Made by a program: the position numbers and the translations under genes. A stretch of DNA of 64,000 nucleotides from Fimbriosthenelais zetlandica (lineage: Eukaryota), in assembly GCA_977030845.1 (NCBI GenBank), contig OZ365116.1, positions 2,294,001 to 2,358,000 of the forward strand. The letters run 5' to 3'. Below are positions 1 to 15,000 of the stretch, in pieces (within the stretch, counting starts at the first letter, position 1; the number at the start of each line of letters is the position of its first letter). The notes under the pieces are model-generated. The model worked only from the letters and a program-made list of their open reading frames with translations, searched no databases and was not told where the DNA came from.

Positions 1-699
1 CCTGCCCACTCAGGGTCACCAGGTACAGGCTCATCTACATATCTGATTGGTGGCCTTTGATGTAAAGACAGCGGTAGACAATGAGGGGGTGATGAGCCAG
101 GTGATTAGGTTACTATAGCAACCTCCAATGTCACCCGGGGTCGGGGGCGGGGGCGGGGGGTGGGGCAGGAGCCAAGATGGGTACAAGATGAAGGTCTGAG
201 TGACAGTGATTCACATGTAAAGTGTCACGCGATTAGATTCACCCATCATTACAATGTTATATTTTTATATTATAAATGTAGATTTATCAAATATTTTTGT
301 AGCTATATCAGACTCAACACAATTGGATTATATTAAGTCATGAGTTTCCAAGGTGAACAATTACCCGAGAATGTTAGATCTACTGATACTTATCTAGAGT
401 TTAAACACGTTTTACTTAAATACTGTAATGAAAAATTATTTGATCAATTAGGGGAAGGAATTAGGGGGGATTTATCACTGAGGAGTTGAAATTGAAATTG
501 AAATTGATGGAATTGAAATTGTATTTTTCTGATTTTTCTGGTTAGCTATTAAACTACTGAATTACAAATAATAAGGACAGGTTGTGACAGCGAGTTTTAA
601 CTTAAATACTTTTATCTTGATATTGTGTAAAATTGTAAGATGAGACTATTGTATAAATTGTATTAAAAGGAAATATTTAAAGTTAAATTTGTGTTGAAT

Positions 700-785
700 C
701 AGGACCGCCTGAAAAGACGCCGAACGGTGGTAATGGCTTTGTATAAAGAGTCCTTGACTTAATAAAAAAAAAAAAAAAAAAAAAA
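700..785 (+). mobile_element. Probable 3' end of a non-LTR retroposon
   Basis: CAGGAC...GTCCT stem followed by AATAAA running into a 22-nt poly(A) at 764-785. Confidence 0.35.
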
Positions 786-2380
786 CAATGAAAAACCAAG
801 AAAGAGAGAAATGATCAGTGATAGTGATTAAATTCTGATCAAAATCTAATTCTGACATTTTAAGTAACAATGATTGCAACAAACCCTTCCACAGAACACC
901 TGTGGCTTCAAAACCTGAGCCAGTTTCACTAGCAGGTGAGTTTTCACCCGGTTAAAGTGAACTTTTTAGACACCACTCACCTGGATAAAAGTGGCCTTTT
1001 TATGTACTACTCGTGTGAGGAGAGTGGCATGGGTAAAACAAGGCAGCGGCTCAAAGTGGTGTTTGTAGAAGACGGGGGCAAAATGAGGGGCGCAGCTGGT
1101 GACTGGTCCCCCATAAAACACCAGCTTAATGCCTTAAACATGATAACCATGCTCACTCACACAAGACCGGGCTCTAAACCAGATTAAATCACAGTCAAAA
1201 CTCCACCCAATGTTCACTTTATCATGTCATTCATTTAGCTGTGAAAACTCAAATTTGCTCATTACTTTTCAAGGCCCTTAAAATGAAATAAGATATTCAC
1301 TGGGTCTTTTCACTTCCTGGAATCTAAAAGACTCTATGAGAGGTATGCCGAGGTTAGATTGTTATTAACATTAGACGTGTTTACACCTCCAGGTATCCGA
1401 CTATCTTTTTGAGTGTATAATTATTGGCATTTGAAGGCAGGTGTGAAAGTCTGTATGTATGGACTACAGTGGGAGAAACAGAAACCTGTGAATCCATGCA
1501 TAAGATATTTACTGAACAACACTTTAGCCCTCCCACTTGTTAGAATTCACAAGTTCATAAATTCCTTACCATTTCTGGATGATACATTTGCCTAATGGTA
1601 AAAGTACAGAAGCTGGATAGTGTCCCACAAATGCTACACATGCAGCAATATTGATTTTGCCAAAAATCTGTTTCATAATTTTGCTTGATATCAAACAAAG
1701 TTTGATCTGAATCAAAAAGGATTTTGAGTGAAAACATACCACTTCAGGCAGTTGTATTGTAAGTGAACAATGTGGCGTGGACATGCATATATACATGAGA
1801 GCATGTGCTGTATAGAGACAGGTGAGAACCTATTACTGAGTGATTATAAACATTATAGACCACTCAACGTATGACATTACCCTAATATATGCTCCATACA
1901 CTTAGTCCCATCACAGCGCGAATAGAAACCACTGAGAGGTGGAGGCAAATCATAGATATCATTACAACTGCTGCAATGGTTGTTAAAGAGTAAAGAGGTC
2001 CAAATTATTTGAAGCCTGTAGAGAAGTATGATTGGTTTAGTTATAGCAATAGTCATAGAATATGATAGGCAGGGGTTACACTGGATAGGAAAAGCTCAGA
2101 AAAAAACTTTGAAATAAGGTCCGAAACACTAAAGGACTTTTTGGAAAGAGGAGGAAACAACTCTAGAGATTTAGGAAATGATCAGGAAACATAGGGAAAA
2201 ACCTGCATGTCGTTTTTTAGCATAAACATCAGGGCTTGTTTTAAAAAATCTGTTGCTAAATGCTAAATCTATGGCTAACTGTTTGGAGACTGACAGTCCC
2301 CAGAATTGTAGAGGAATTGTACAGTGAGGGAATGATGAGGGAATGTTCAGCCTGTATTAGTGGTACTCCTATATATACAT

Positions 2381-2480
2381 AGAACCGACCGAGGTTTGGA
2401 ATTGACTCGGCTACGCTTCGTCAATACCAAGCCCCTCGGTGGTGTTGATATGACCCCCGTCCCAAACCGAGGTCGGTTCT
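2381..2480. mobile_element. Foldback/hairpin element
   Basis: AGAACCGACCGAGGTTTGG ... CCAAACCGAGGTCGGTTCT near-perfect 19-bp inverted repeat. Confidence 0.5.
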
Positions 2481-2630
2481 TGATTTATTATACCTTTGAC
2501 CACCAAAAAACGATTAAAATTTTGTTAATAAATGGAAGAAATACGGCTTTTAATCGACCATTAAAATGCTGTTACCTAGAAACAATGTCTGTGACGTCAC
2601 AGAGTGCAATACAGGACAAATTATGGCACT

Positions 2631-2920
2631 CTGATGCCAATATCAGACTCCTATTTTAAGGCTATGGGAGATCAGTACCTGATGCCAATATCAGACTCCT
2701 ATTTTAAGGCTATGGGAGATCAGTACCTGATGCCAATATCAGACTCCTATATGTTAAGGCTATGGGAGATCAGTACCTGATGCCAATATCAGACTCCTAT
2801 ATGTTAAGGCTATGGGAGATCAGTACCTGATGCCAATATCAGACTCCTATTTTAAGGCTATGGGAGATCAGTACCTGATGCCAATATCAGACTCCTATGT
2901 TAAGGCTATGGGAGATCAGT
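2631..2920. repeat. Minisatellite, 48-50 bp x6
   Basis: CTGATGCCAATATCAGACTCCTATTTTAAGGCTATGGGAGATCAGTAC units starting at 2631, 2679, 2727, 2777, 2827 and 2875. Confidence 0.95.
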
Positions 2921-2955
2921 GTCAGGGGTATAATATAAACTATAGCTGTACTCAC

Positions 2956-3095
2956 TCTAGTGAAGCCACCTTGATGAGGGCCTTGGTGAGTAACATGGGC
3001 CATAACTCATGTTCTAGACGAGTAGCAGGGAGTAACATGTGACCATCATCATCATACGGTACCGTGTCATCTATGGTGATCTTCCTCCACCGTCC
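2956..3095 (-). CDS. ADGB: Androglobin exon (GRWRKITIDDTVPYDDDGHMLLPATRLEHELWPMLLTKALIKVASL)
   Basis: ttgtttgtAG acceptor, GA|GTGAGT donor, 140 nt. Confidence 0.95.
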
Positions 3096-6000
3096 CTACA
3101 AACAATCCATCATTAATTAATACATATTATTCTAAATAAATAACCTCCACCGTCCCTACAAACAATCCATCATTAATAATACATATTATTCTAAATAAAT
3201 AACCTCCACCGTCCCTACAAACAATCCATCATTAATACATATTATTATAAGTAAATAACATCAAAGAATTGATTTAAAAGTTTCCTGAGAATTCTGAACA
3301 GCATTTTATTGAGAAATGCTGTCTTTAGGCTAAATTATTTAAAATAAGTAACTGTTTTCAGTAGCTCATTACAGTCAGTTAGGGCAGTTGGTTTGAAACT
3401 CGGTTCACTGGGAAGTAATCAGATACAAGTCTAGGGTACTCATATAGAAACCTATCTAAACATGTGTTAAACAAACAATAAACTACTAAAAAAAATATAT
3501 AAAAAAAAATGTTCTTCAATTATCCGACCCCTTTTGCGGTAGTGGATAGAGAAAGAATTCCTACTCAAAATAAACTACTGACCATCCAGTAGAGTTTGAC
3601 GACGTATTTGCCGTGCGGGTTGTAGGCTGGCGTATTGGGGATCTTGACTTTATTAATGGCGTAGATATGCTCCCATGGACGCCACATGTACGCCATGTCT
3701 CCCTCTGTAGGTACGCCAGGATCCACGCCTTCTGCTGGCGTCTTCTCTTTACACATCTGCCACAGGGCGTAGATCTGGCTGGTGATCCAACGTAACAGCT
3801 GAAAATAACAGAAATATTGACCATTAATGTTTACATATCATCTCCCAGAACACGAAGTAAGTAGTAGAGAGAAAGAGCCCACATATCCATGCAGGCATCT
3901 GAAAGACATAGTAGTAGAGGGAAGAAGGCCACATCTCCAGGCAAATATATGAAAGTACATAGTCGTGGAGGGAAGTAGGCTGTATCTCAAGGCCAATATA
4001 AGAAAGTACATAGCAGTAGATGGAAGAAGGCCACATCTCCAGGCAAATATATGAAAGTACATAGTACTTAGTGGAGGGAAGTAGGCTGTATCTCAAGGCA
4101 AATATAAGAAAGTACATAGCAGTATAGGTAAGTAGGCCACTTCTCCAGGAAAATATAGTAGTATAGGGAAGTAGGCCCCATGTCCAGGAAAATATATGAA
4201 AACTTTTACATAGTAGTATATGGAAGTAGGCCCCACCTTCAGGCAAATATAGAAGTTTGTGAGAATGGTATGCACAGAGAAGTTATTGTGGATTTTCAGA
4301 CTATTTTTCAAGAACTCAGAAATCACCTCAATGGCACTCCTTTGTGTTAAGATCAGCCCTGAATGAGGCAGCAATAAGACAGACAGTAATAGACATGACA
4401 CAAGCCATGTGACCACAGGTTAATGACCCATTAAATGACATTTATGTGCCCCCCGCACCGCCCCCCGTCACTGCCCCGTGTGTGATGAACATTTAAATGA
4501 CACGTTGACCACAGGTAACCGCTACCATCACCACCAAGTACTTCACAGGTGACTTTAACGTTTAGTTCTCATCATGCTCCCTCCCCCCGTCACCATGTAG
4601 TGTCATGATGGGCCTTAATGGGCCTAATATCGCCCGCTCACAGTCCTGTCACATAATGGAGGGCCTGTCACATAATGGAGGGCCTGGGTTAAACGTCTGT
4701 CACCGTGACAGGAGCTATAAGGCAGGGTGATGATTCACTGTGAGAAGAACAACTGTCTTTGTCCTCCTTTAAGGCGTGTTACCAATATATAAAGGGGATC
4801 CTCCGCTCTTAAATGTCCAAGGCCTTAAGGCCGTCCTCCACTGTTACATGTTCCATTGCGACACAGCCAGCAATATCACAGCAGTGGATTACCGCTGTAT
4901 TATGTAGAATGATCTTTTTCTTGTTCAAATAAAAATACTCGAAAATTGGGCTTTAGGCAATTGCCCTATAGGTCGTATATAAAGTTTATGGCGAAATTGA
5001 ATTGGGTAAGAGTTCCCATTATTGTTCCCATTTATTTTTATGGAACAATTGAGAGCTAATCATTGAAGGTTCAAAATCATGAACTGGACCTCTATAGGGC
5101 CTGGGGCGGGATACATGTAGGGTGGGGTAGGAGTCGCTATAGGTGGGGCTGGGGTGGGGCTGGGGGTGACATTAATGACCTATCTCATGTAAATCGTGAC
5201 CAGTCCAGCCCGGTCCACCCGGGGCTATGAATGATGTTAATTTGTGTAGAGGTACAGTAACATTAGCTCACCTTTATGTGTGGACATTACCCAGCTAACT
5301 TTACACTGCCCGGCCCAGGCGGGGGCCCAGGCGGGGGCCCAGGCCACCATGTTCACATTGATAGCCACTGATAGCCACACTGATTGCCTGATCTTATATC
5401 AGTACTTCTCTATGACTTTACATTGTAATTATCTCACATGATTCATTACTAATCAGTCATAAGGTTTATCAAACTCTGTTTTCATATTACTGGGATGTTG
5501 AACAATACCTCGCTGGCTTTGTCCCCAGGCATGTTATAGAGGATTGGATTACTCAGAGCCTTGTCATTGTCAATTCAGGTGGTCAGGTCAAATAATATTT
5601 ATTATTGGGAAATTCCCTAAAATCCATTTGTACTGAAATGTCTGTCTTTTACATGCCTCTCACAAGACAGTAGGGGACATGGTTGGCCTTTTACATGCCT
5701 CTCACCACAGACAGTGGGAGACATGGCTGGTTGATGGCACAGTTAGCAACAGTGATGGCGGTATTGTTAAGATAACTGCCCGTTTAATCGGGCACATAGG
5801 GCATTATAATAGGGCATTATGATAGGGCATTATGAGGCAGTGGTTCTATGATAGGGCATTATAATAGGGCATTATGAGGACCATAATGCCCTCACATGAA
5901 GCAGGTAGACGACTCACATCAAAGCCTACCAGTGTCTGATCATGGTCACCTGGATGAAAGGTGCTCCAGGCCCTGCCCCATCTCCTCCCCCCCCCCCCCT

Positions 6001-9000
6001 CCACAGCTTCATCTCCTACTAATGATTCCCCTGAGACCCGCCTGCCTGCCATGGTTGGGGCGTGTCTTATAGTAAACGACGGCACTAAACATAGAAGGTC
6101 CTCAAATCAGCTTATACTGGGAGCATGCCAAAAGGTCCCCAACCTCTCCATTTTGTTCAAAATTATATATTTTGGTAACCCTAGAGATCATGTGCTGAAA
6201 CAAAGGGGTTTGGTTTTGGTGACTCAAATAAATCTACTTTTTAATCTACAAATATCGTTCCCATGTCGTTTCTAAATCTTGGATCCGCCCCTGTAATAAG
6301 ATTCAAGTTTACTATCATGAGTTTTGAGATAATAATAAATGAAAATGATAATCACCCCAAAATAGCCAGTAACATGTTATTCTGGATCTCTGTGAATGTG
6401 AGCTTTGAGGTTTAATTTTTATTAAACAGCCCTGAGCTAGCGGAGATGAGAGCCCCATTAAAGCTCCTGATAAACGGTCTGACTTGGCTGCCGAGCCCGC
6501 CATGTCCCCCCTACCCACCCACCACACCATCCCTCCCACCCATCCCATCCCTCCCACCCCATCCCACCCTAACATGAAACGCCTGCCAAGTTAGAAGCTA
6601 CAGTCAAAGGGCGCAGACAAAAAACATTTATAATGTTTTAAATGATGCTTCACTCACTGATATAATGTATCAAACTTGGCCATGAGAAGAATCTATAAAT
6701 AATGACCTGACCATGACAAGTCTCTATGATGTATCAATACCGGTAATAGTTGTTAAAGTCACTTTTAACAATACTTCTCTTATAATATATAAATAGATCC
6801 CTCAGAGAAGGAATCAAGGCCTACACCTCTGCTCCTCCCAGTTATAACTGGACCCGTGGGAGCTTTACCTCCAGGAAGTATTATCATTTTTTAAACTTTA
6901 ATCTGAATCTAATGTTGGCTTCCACACCTATATTAGTCACTTAATGAGCATGAGGAAACAAATTAAAACAATTAATCCCCGAGATAATTACTCATCTCTC
7001 AAGCAATACATTATTGCTATAGACACATCTTGATGGTATTTTATAAACATTTTTAATCTCTTAACTCGGATATAAGCGATCTAATCCGTGACTTTTTGAT
7101 GACAAAGCGTAGATCGCATGACCTATTGGGACATTATTATGTTAGCAGGCCTGGCCTCATCTCTATGTACCTCATGTCATGTACCTCATGTCAGGTACCT
7201 CAATATACACAAACTGAGGAATAAGATCCGCCGTGGGACAGAAGGTTGCGTGTTTGGGGGTCGGGGGGAGAGACGGGCCCCCCGCCCCTGGGCGATAATC
7301 AAGGTTTTATCCTATACCAAAGTCGAGCTGCTCCTTGTAAAGACAAACCAGCTCTGTCGTCTCACGGCAGATGCTCCTGCCCGGGTTAAACATGCAATGA
7401 CATGCTTTAATGTCATTATACACATTACAGACCAAAGGCAACATTAGCATAGTTTATATATTACAGGCTTTCTATTTCCAGCTCGCATAAATATTATATC
7501 TGAGGAAAATTTTCACGTGAAAGAAATGCTGTTGCTAAAATGCATAATTCTCAAACGTGAAGATTATCTGAAAGAATTGGGAGTGGAACAAGGACATAGG
7601 GTTTGTCGGTATACTGAATGATATGGACAGTAAGGTCGTGTGCTCATTCTTGTTATAATAAGTTAGTTAACAAAGCATTTACAGCATTTATCACTTCCCC
7701 TGTACCGGGAGTAGGCAGGGGGACTTCCTTCACAGGAACAATTAGTCCCGGAATAAAGTTAAACTTGAAACAGACGTTAAAGAATAATAGTTACAAGAGA
7801 CAGAGACAGATGGGGAGACAGGAGTAGAGATAGAGGAGGACACGATGATGGAAGAGGAGGGGACAGGAAAATAAAGGGAGGGGAAGAGCTGCCAAAATGA
7901 GGAGGAAGGCAGGAGTTTGGGAAGAAGGGAAGGATGGGAAGAGAGGTAGATTGAGCTTAGGGATTTCTGATAAAAACTTCTTTGGGTTGAGTTTTCGGTG
8001 TTATAGATATGTCGGCAGTAATCTGTATGTGAAGCCTTACAGTAGCAATCACTCCAGGTCTCAATGAAAACAGCCTGGAAAAGGCACGGAGCAACGAGAA
8101 TAAAAACTACTTGTCATTTTATGAAGCTAACCAGTCCACCCATTCATGCCTCGCCTCTAGTAGGGCTTCCTACTCCAAGAAGCGAGCAGAACCAGTGATA
8201 GCTGAAGCCAGTCATGGTGAGAGGGTAAAGTCTCATGAAATGAGGCGGATTTCTATCAAGTGCTCAACAGTTCAGTGTTAGTGGCAGCTACAAGCCTGGT
8301 TACCCCACATACCACCCCACCACCCCACTATCCCCCACCACCCCACTATCCCCCACCACCCACCTCGTGCCTGTTACAGGCGCCTATTGCTTATACTACT
8401 CCACTAAAGACCGAGCCTTCTGTAATTCAATAGACTGGAGTGTTCAGACCCAACAAAACATCAAAAACATGACAAAGACCACAGAAATGAGTCAAGGCAA
8501 GGACCTACTCTACCCAAAACGCACTCATGTGTTCAGGGCGGGGCTTCTATGTTACAAAGATCTTTAACAGAGATCTCAATATAAGATGTTATGTGTGGGG
8601 CTGGCTTTGTAGATCTCAATATAAGATGTTATGTGTGGGGCTGGCTTTGTAGATCTCAATATAAGATGTTATGTGTGGGGCTAGCTTTGTATACTTGTTA
8701 AAACCTGTCACAGTGGATGTTTTAGTCCACCTATACACCACCACTCCAGGTTTGGGGGATGTGTTCAGGGTGTAACAAAGCAGATTTAGGATCAATCAGA
8801 TACTGGGGTGCGGTATATTGAGCCCCGGTCCTTGTCCGGGCCTCAGCGAGCCGGGCCACTCCTCCTCTCACCACCCCTCTCACCCCCCCCCCCCCCCCCA
8901 CCCCTCCTCTCACCACCAATTAAGCCGTAATGGCTCCGCTATCTGATAGCATCAAACGTCAGCTGGGCTTTGTTGTCCTCTATTTGGACCTTTCTTTGAT

Positions 9001-12000
9001 AGACTCGGTTCAAATTGATGTAATATGTAGCTTACTTGAGATGTATGGAGACATGGAACATCACCAGGGATAGTTCCAAAGATAGGGGACACCATCAAGG
9101 ATAGTTCCCATTAAACATAAATTCATGGCAATATTTCTTGCTTTGTGATGTATCCTTTCTATACATGGTTTGTTCCTACAACTTGCGCTAAGACCCCACC
9201 CAGAAAATACCACAAAAAAACGAGCAGAGTGGAGGGAAGGAGAATAAAGATTGGGAGAATCTGGTATGGGAGATTGATGGCACTAGGCCTGTATATGTAC
9301 TGGTACATGGAGCCTATATGACATATAAAGTGGCAGGTAACAGTATATATGTTACCTGGATGTGACCACGTCCGGTAATCTATAAAGCGTCTTTTCATCT
9401 CTATATCCTCCTATACAGCAATCACTGCGGGAGATGGTCATAATACTGACTCAATATCCACTACATGACATACTCAAATCATACTCCATATTATCTTTAT
9501 TATTTCTTCAATAATTCCTGCATGTAACACTTCAAGAACGTGTGTTACAATGCATGGATATCGTGTGTTTAAATCATGATTTCTGCTGTTAATTTTCTCT
9601 AAAACCCTTTAAGGATGAAATCAGAAACAGGATCAGCTATTATAGCCTGGTTGGACGTCAAGTTCATAATGATAGGTGTCAGGTTACATGGGTATACTCC
9701 CTCTTAACTCTGCTACAGGGAGTACCCCATCATTATACCTCCTCTCCTCCCTCTCCATCATTATACCCCTTCTCCTCTCCTCCCTACTCCTCCCCTCTCC
9801 ATCATTACCTCTTCCCTTCTCCTCCCTACTCCTCCCCTCACCCAGCCTCAGGGCCCATCACAATACCTGGGATAGAGTGACGGGGTTATAATGTCAGGGT
9901 TGATAGTTATTCTGGTTAATTAAAGGTAAAACAATACCACACCTGGGGCGATGTACAGGTAGTGTTCTCACAGTGTCCAACACTGGGGGATCTAAGATCA
10001 GTCCTCAATACACCCTCCCTCACACCTGCCAGGTGGGCAAGCTCCGTACCCCACCCTGGTAGATTTGGCAGGGTATCCGTCATGGAGCACCAGGTGTACT
10101 GGTAAATGCGCGGGTGTGGGGTATCTGGCACTGTGCCTTGTCACCCGTGTCTGACCCTGTCTTTTGATACACATTTGGCAGATTCTGCTCATTTGGTTTT
10201 AGATAAAAACGTTCATAACGTGTTTATTCAGTAATTGTCTGTAATTACAATTACCGTCCTAAAATTAGATATAAGTACATCAGAGACATGACCTTGATAG
10301 CTTTGATATTGATTTGTATGGAAATATAAATGGAAATTCAGGAGCATTGGGAGAAGCTTTCAATATTAAAACGATGAAGTCTCTTTCTTGAAGTATAACC
10401 TAAAGAGAAACTTACAGAATGAATCAAATATAAAGGAGGGAATGTGAGCAGTTTTAAATCGAAAAGGGGGTTTTCATGAGGTGTAGAATGTATTGAGTAA
10501 GCTGGCAGGATTAGCCTTGTACTAGGTGACCTCCACACACCCTCACAGCCCCACCCTCACAACGACACAGACCAGGTAACGCCCAACACCACGACACACA
10601 GGTGTACAGGTAACGTCGTGACGTTAATGACGTCACCACCCAGCGTCACCTCGCCAGCTTAGCTTTCATTTCCGGGTCACACCTCTAGAGGTCATTGGAC
10701 CTGAGGCGGCATATGGTCAAACAACAATCAGTACACATGTAGCCTGAGGTCTGTTAGACTGACCACCCTGACCACCGGTCAACACGTGCTGACCACAACT
10801 AATCTACCTGCCAGGGTCAATATTCACTTACCTGACAACATAAATAGATTAGTGTACAATCAATTATAAATGATTGATTATTTTACATGAATATTAACAA
10901 AGTCAAAAATAAATATTGTGTGGGCATTTACAACTGTTTCCTGTCTAATACCAGAATATATAATATAATCCTAGGAAATTCTATTAAATATCTTAGTAAG
11001 AATATAGGATATTCAATGGGCTTATTGGCAATGGTATACTTGCAACTAAAATACATACATTTATATTGACACTTTAGCCCGGAAGAAGCTGTATACAACA
11101 TATAAGTGATATCATAATGTAGGCCTATACATGGAGGTACTATAATCTCCCCTATCCTCACCTGAAACTCATCTTTTTAAACCCTATACATGTATTTATA
11201 CTCGCCCCTATGTGGTAATTACCCTTCACTTATTACCCTGTATATATCTATAGCTTACCATGCTGTATCAGGGGGGCAGCCCCCCCCCCCCGGGCCCCAC
11301 CTCACACACATTCACCCATTGTGTCTATTTAAATATATATTTTACAGCTCTAGGACAGGGAGAAGTCATGTGACCCCAGACTCTCAGACTTTTAATCTCA
11401 TAGATAAGTTGATGGTTCATTGTGACCGAGTGATACAGACACGGTTCACTGGGCATGGCATTGTAGTGTGGTTTTATTTCTTTTCCTGGACAAAAACACT
11501 AATTTCCAGGTATATTTCAACGCCAACACTTTGTTGCAATGAAAATAATGTCTCAAGAATATTTGAGAATTTTACAGTAAATGAGTTAATAATATGTGTA
11601 CTCACTGGTCAGAGACGGGCGTCCTCTTTGATATCTGACATTGTCCTTCTCCCCCATTGTCCCCTGTTTTACACATTGTCACATTTGGTGGGTCTTTACT
11701 GCTATTTAATCTGCCTTCCTTATTGTCATCTTATTGTAATGACCTCCGGTTTCATTGTGGTTTCACACTATTTGAGATAAAGTTTCCATTAAAGCTGTTT
11801 TTCTGCTGGTAACAGAGGGTTTGAGTGGAGGGCATTGTATGGAGCCCCGTGAGGTCGGCCATACATCTTATCTCTGTACTCTACTCTCAGCTGGTGATAT
11901 ATAACCTATATCAACCCTCTCAGCGGGTTATCTATAACTTATATCAACCTGTATTCAAACTTGTATTCAGTCTGGTAATTGAATACACCTTTCATATTTA

Positions 12001-15000
12001 CAGTAGGATCTTACTAAGGTGTTGCTCACATAGTGAGATGCATGGTGGCTTTAGTGAGTAGGCTATGTCTTATTGATGTTAAAACATTCTGACCATTTAA
12101 TGGTCACAGAGTGAGATGGTCTCTTTAGTGAGATGGTCGCTTAAGTGAGCATGTCCTAGCGGTGAGAGTTACGACCATTTAATGGTTACAGAGCGAGATG
12201 GTCGCTTTAGTGAGGATGTCTTATTGATGTTATGACATTCTGGTCATTTAATGGTCACAGGGCGAGATGGTCGCTTTAGTGAGATGGTCGCTTTAGTGAG
12301 GATGTCTTATTGATGTTATGACATTCTGGTCATTTAATGGTCACAGAGTGAGATGGTCGCTTTAGTGAGATGGTCGCTTTAGTGAGGATGTCTTAGCGGT
12401 GATAGTTCTGACCATTTATTGGTCGCATTATGAGGTGGTCAGTTTAATGAGTTGGTTGTTAAGATGATGTTCACTATATGTCTTTGAAGTCATCAGTGTG
12501 TGATTGAGGTGTGATTGTATAGTGGATGTTACAATGTGGTTGAGTCGCCCACCTGGGGTGTAGGGGAATCACCAGACCATTCCCCCACCCCGGGGGTGTA
12601 TAGAACGCCCGGGTAAAGTCACATGACGGTTTGATTAGTTACCTGTACACCTGGCTTTACCTGCCCGGTGTTGGTGGGTTGTTTATGTCTATACAGGTGT
12701 GACATTAATGTCTGTACAGGTGTGACATTCATGTCTGTACAGGTGTAACATTCATGTCTGTACAGGTGTGACATTCATGTCTGTACAGGTGTGACATTAA
12801 TGTATATACAGGTGTGACATTAATGTCTATACAGGTGTAACATCTTCTCTACCATTAATCTATGACAATATCTCACTCACAGCCTGTCAACCTCAGACTA
12901 CATGTTACCTCTATAAAGAGGACTTTAAAGTACAATAAGATCCATGAAGTAAATGTCTACTTCCCCAATGGATCTTCATATTCCATCATATGATATGATC
13001 AAGTCTGCAATCCATCTTATCAGACTTTAAAGTCCATGGCTCCTGTAGATCAATCAATAGATTGGAATCCAAATTTCTCCAAGAATCAATGTCCAGAATG
13101 TAGCTGTATGAGGTGTTATCTCCAGTGCCTTATCACCCGCCCTCCTCCCACCTGTAGCCTACCTGGCTGCCAGCCGGCTTCCTGCCTCTCCTCCCCCGGC
13201 CGCTCCTCCAGCCGCTCCCCCAGCCGCTCCCCCGGCGGCCCACCTGGCCCACCTGGCCGCTGGTTGTACCTGGATGCCTGCATGCCCCTTTATACCACTC
13301 ACCTGCAGCTCACCTAGCTTATATGAATATTCATGAGTTGTCAGCAGAGCAATCATTTGATGGGTGGAGATGACGGGGCGGGGTTAGGAGGTGGATTTAC
13401 ATACTAAAAAAACATGAATCCTCTAAACTCTAACTTTAATATTCATTGAGCAATTTATTATTAGTGATAAATCAAAAACAAAATATGAAAGGGCACGGTA
13501 GCTACACCCATTTCTTGCACTACTTACAAAATTTCTTTATAAAATTGATATATTTAGTACATTTGTACACTTGGTATTGGAGTGAGAATTTAAGGATTGC
13601 CCTGAGCTGGGAGTAAGTGATGGTATAAGCAGTGGAGCGGTTTAATCCGGCATAAAATTGATGATTGCTGACAAAGTGTTGATACCTGATGCTGCAATGA
13701 GGCATTCAACTGTAGCACGCAACACCTTCCTGCCAGGAGAAGGGGCGGGGGGGGGGGGGGTAGAGAGAGGGGGATATTATTATACAGAGAGGGGATGGGT
13801 AAAAAGGGGGGTAGAGAGAGGAGGATAGATAGGAGGATAGAGGGGATATATTTCTTTATAGAGAGAGAGGAGAGTATAGAGATAGGAGATGCAGATAGAG
13901 AGAGGAGGGATGGACAGAGAGAAGGACTATCTTCCAGATTTAACACCTTTAATATTACAGGTATGACAATCTCATACCTGCAGGTATATAGACAGAAAGA
14001 TAATGAAACTTAAAATGGTAGAAGATATACTTATGAACATATATCTTTAGCAGATATACCTTAATTCTGGAGGTATATAGACAGAAAGATATGGAAACTT
14101 TAAAGTCGTAGAAGCTACCTACTTATACCCAATATACGTACAATCTTTAGCAGATACCTTCTGGTATATAGTCACTGGTATAGATACCTATTCCAGCAAT
14201 GTTATCAATTGACATAGACACTACTATTCAAAGGCGTACAGCCATAATTCACCTCTATAGACAAAACGTCTTTTGTGGAGCACTAAGGCTGGCTATAATG
14301 TTGATCTATATTGCATTTAAAAATAGATGTTAGCAGTAAAGACAGGTAAAATGGTCTACAGATGGCATGATGGGTCGGTGTGTCATATTAAGGTGTAGAA
14401 GGAGGAAGAGGAAGGGTGTGGTTTTATGGCGGCCTTGGATGGAGTCTGTAGCCTTGATCAAGACTTGATTGGTTCCCATCTGGTCAAAACACAGGAACAT
14501 AACACGTTTGGCATGGGTTACTATACAAATAGACCCTTTGTTGGTTAAGCGTGAGACCCGTCTAGTGCGTAAATATATACTCGAGCGCGTGAGCGCGAGA
14601 GTATATACGCACTAGACGGGGCGAACGCGAAACCAACAAAGGGTCTAATTGCTTTAGTCCCCGGCACACATTTAACCCCCTTACCTGTCATCGATACAGA
14701 ACTTTTAATGCCATAAATCATGTTTTATTCACGATTTCCTTCATGTGTCTCTTTACATTGTCATACCTTGTTCAAAAGCCTGTATGTGGCTGTGCGCTCA
14801 CTGGCTATGTTTCCAGTCATGACCCACTTCACCCTACCCACCGCTACACGACCAGTCATCCCCTCCTGCTTATGTAGGTCAAACAGACATACACTCCTCT
14901 AATATGCACACACACAAGCAGCACCCTTCCTGCTTATCTAGGTCAAACAGGGCCGATTTCATTGGTTCACGAGCGGTCATATATACGCTCATAATGACCA

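Noticed and set aside
3824-4416. Overlapping hydrophobic ORFs
   Set aside because: Arise from the approx. 50-bp minisatellite.
11190-11780. 196-aa ORF in the ADGB intron
   Set aside because: No recognisable motif, composition like random AT-rich DNA, crosses a C-run.
12990-13040. LIRWIAD as the ADGB LMRWII exon
   Set aside because: The true exon (LLRWITSQIYALW) is at 3798 with proper splice sites; this match is coincidental.
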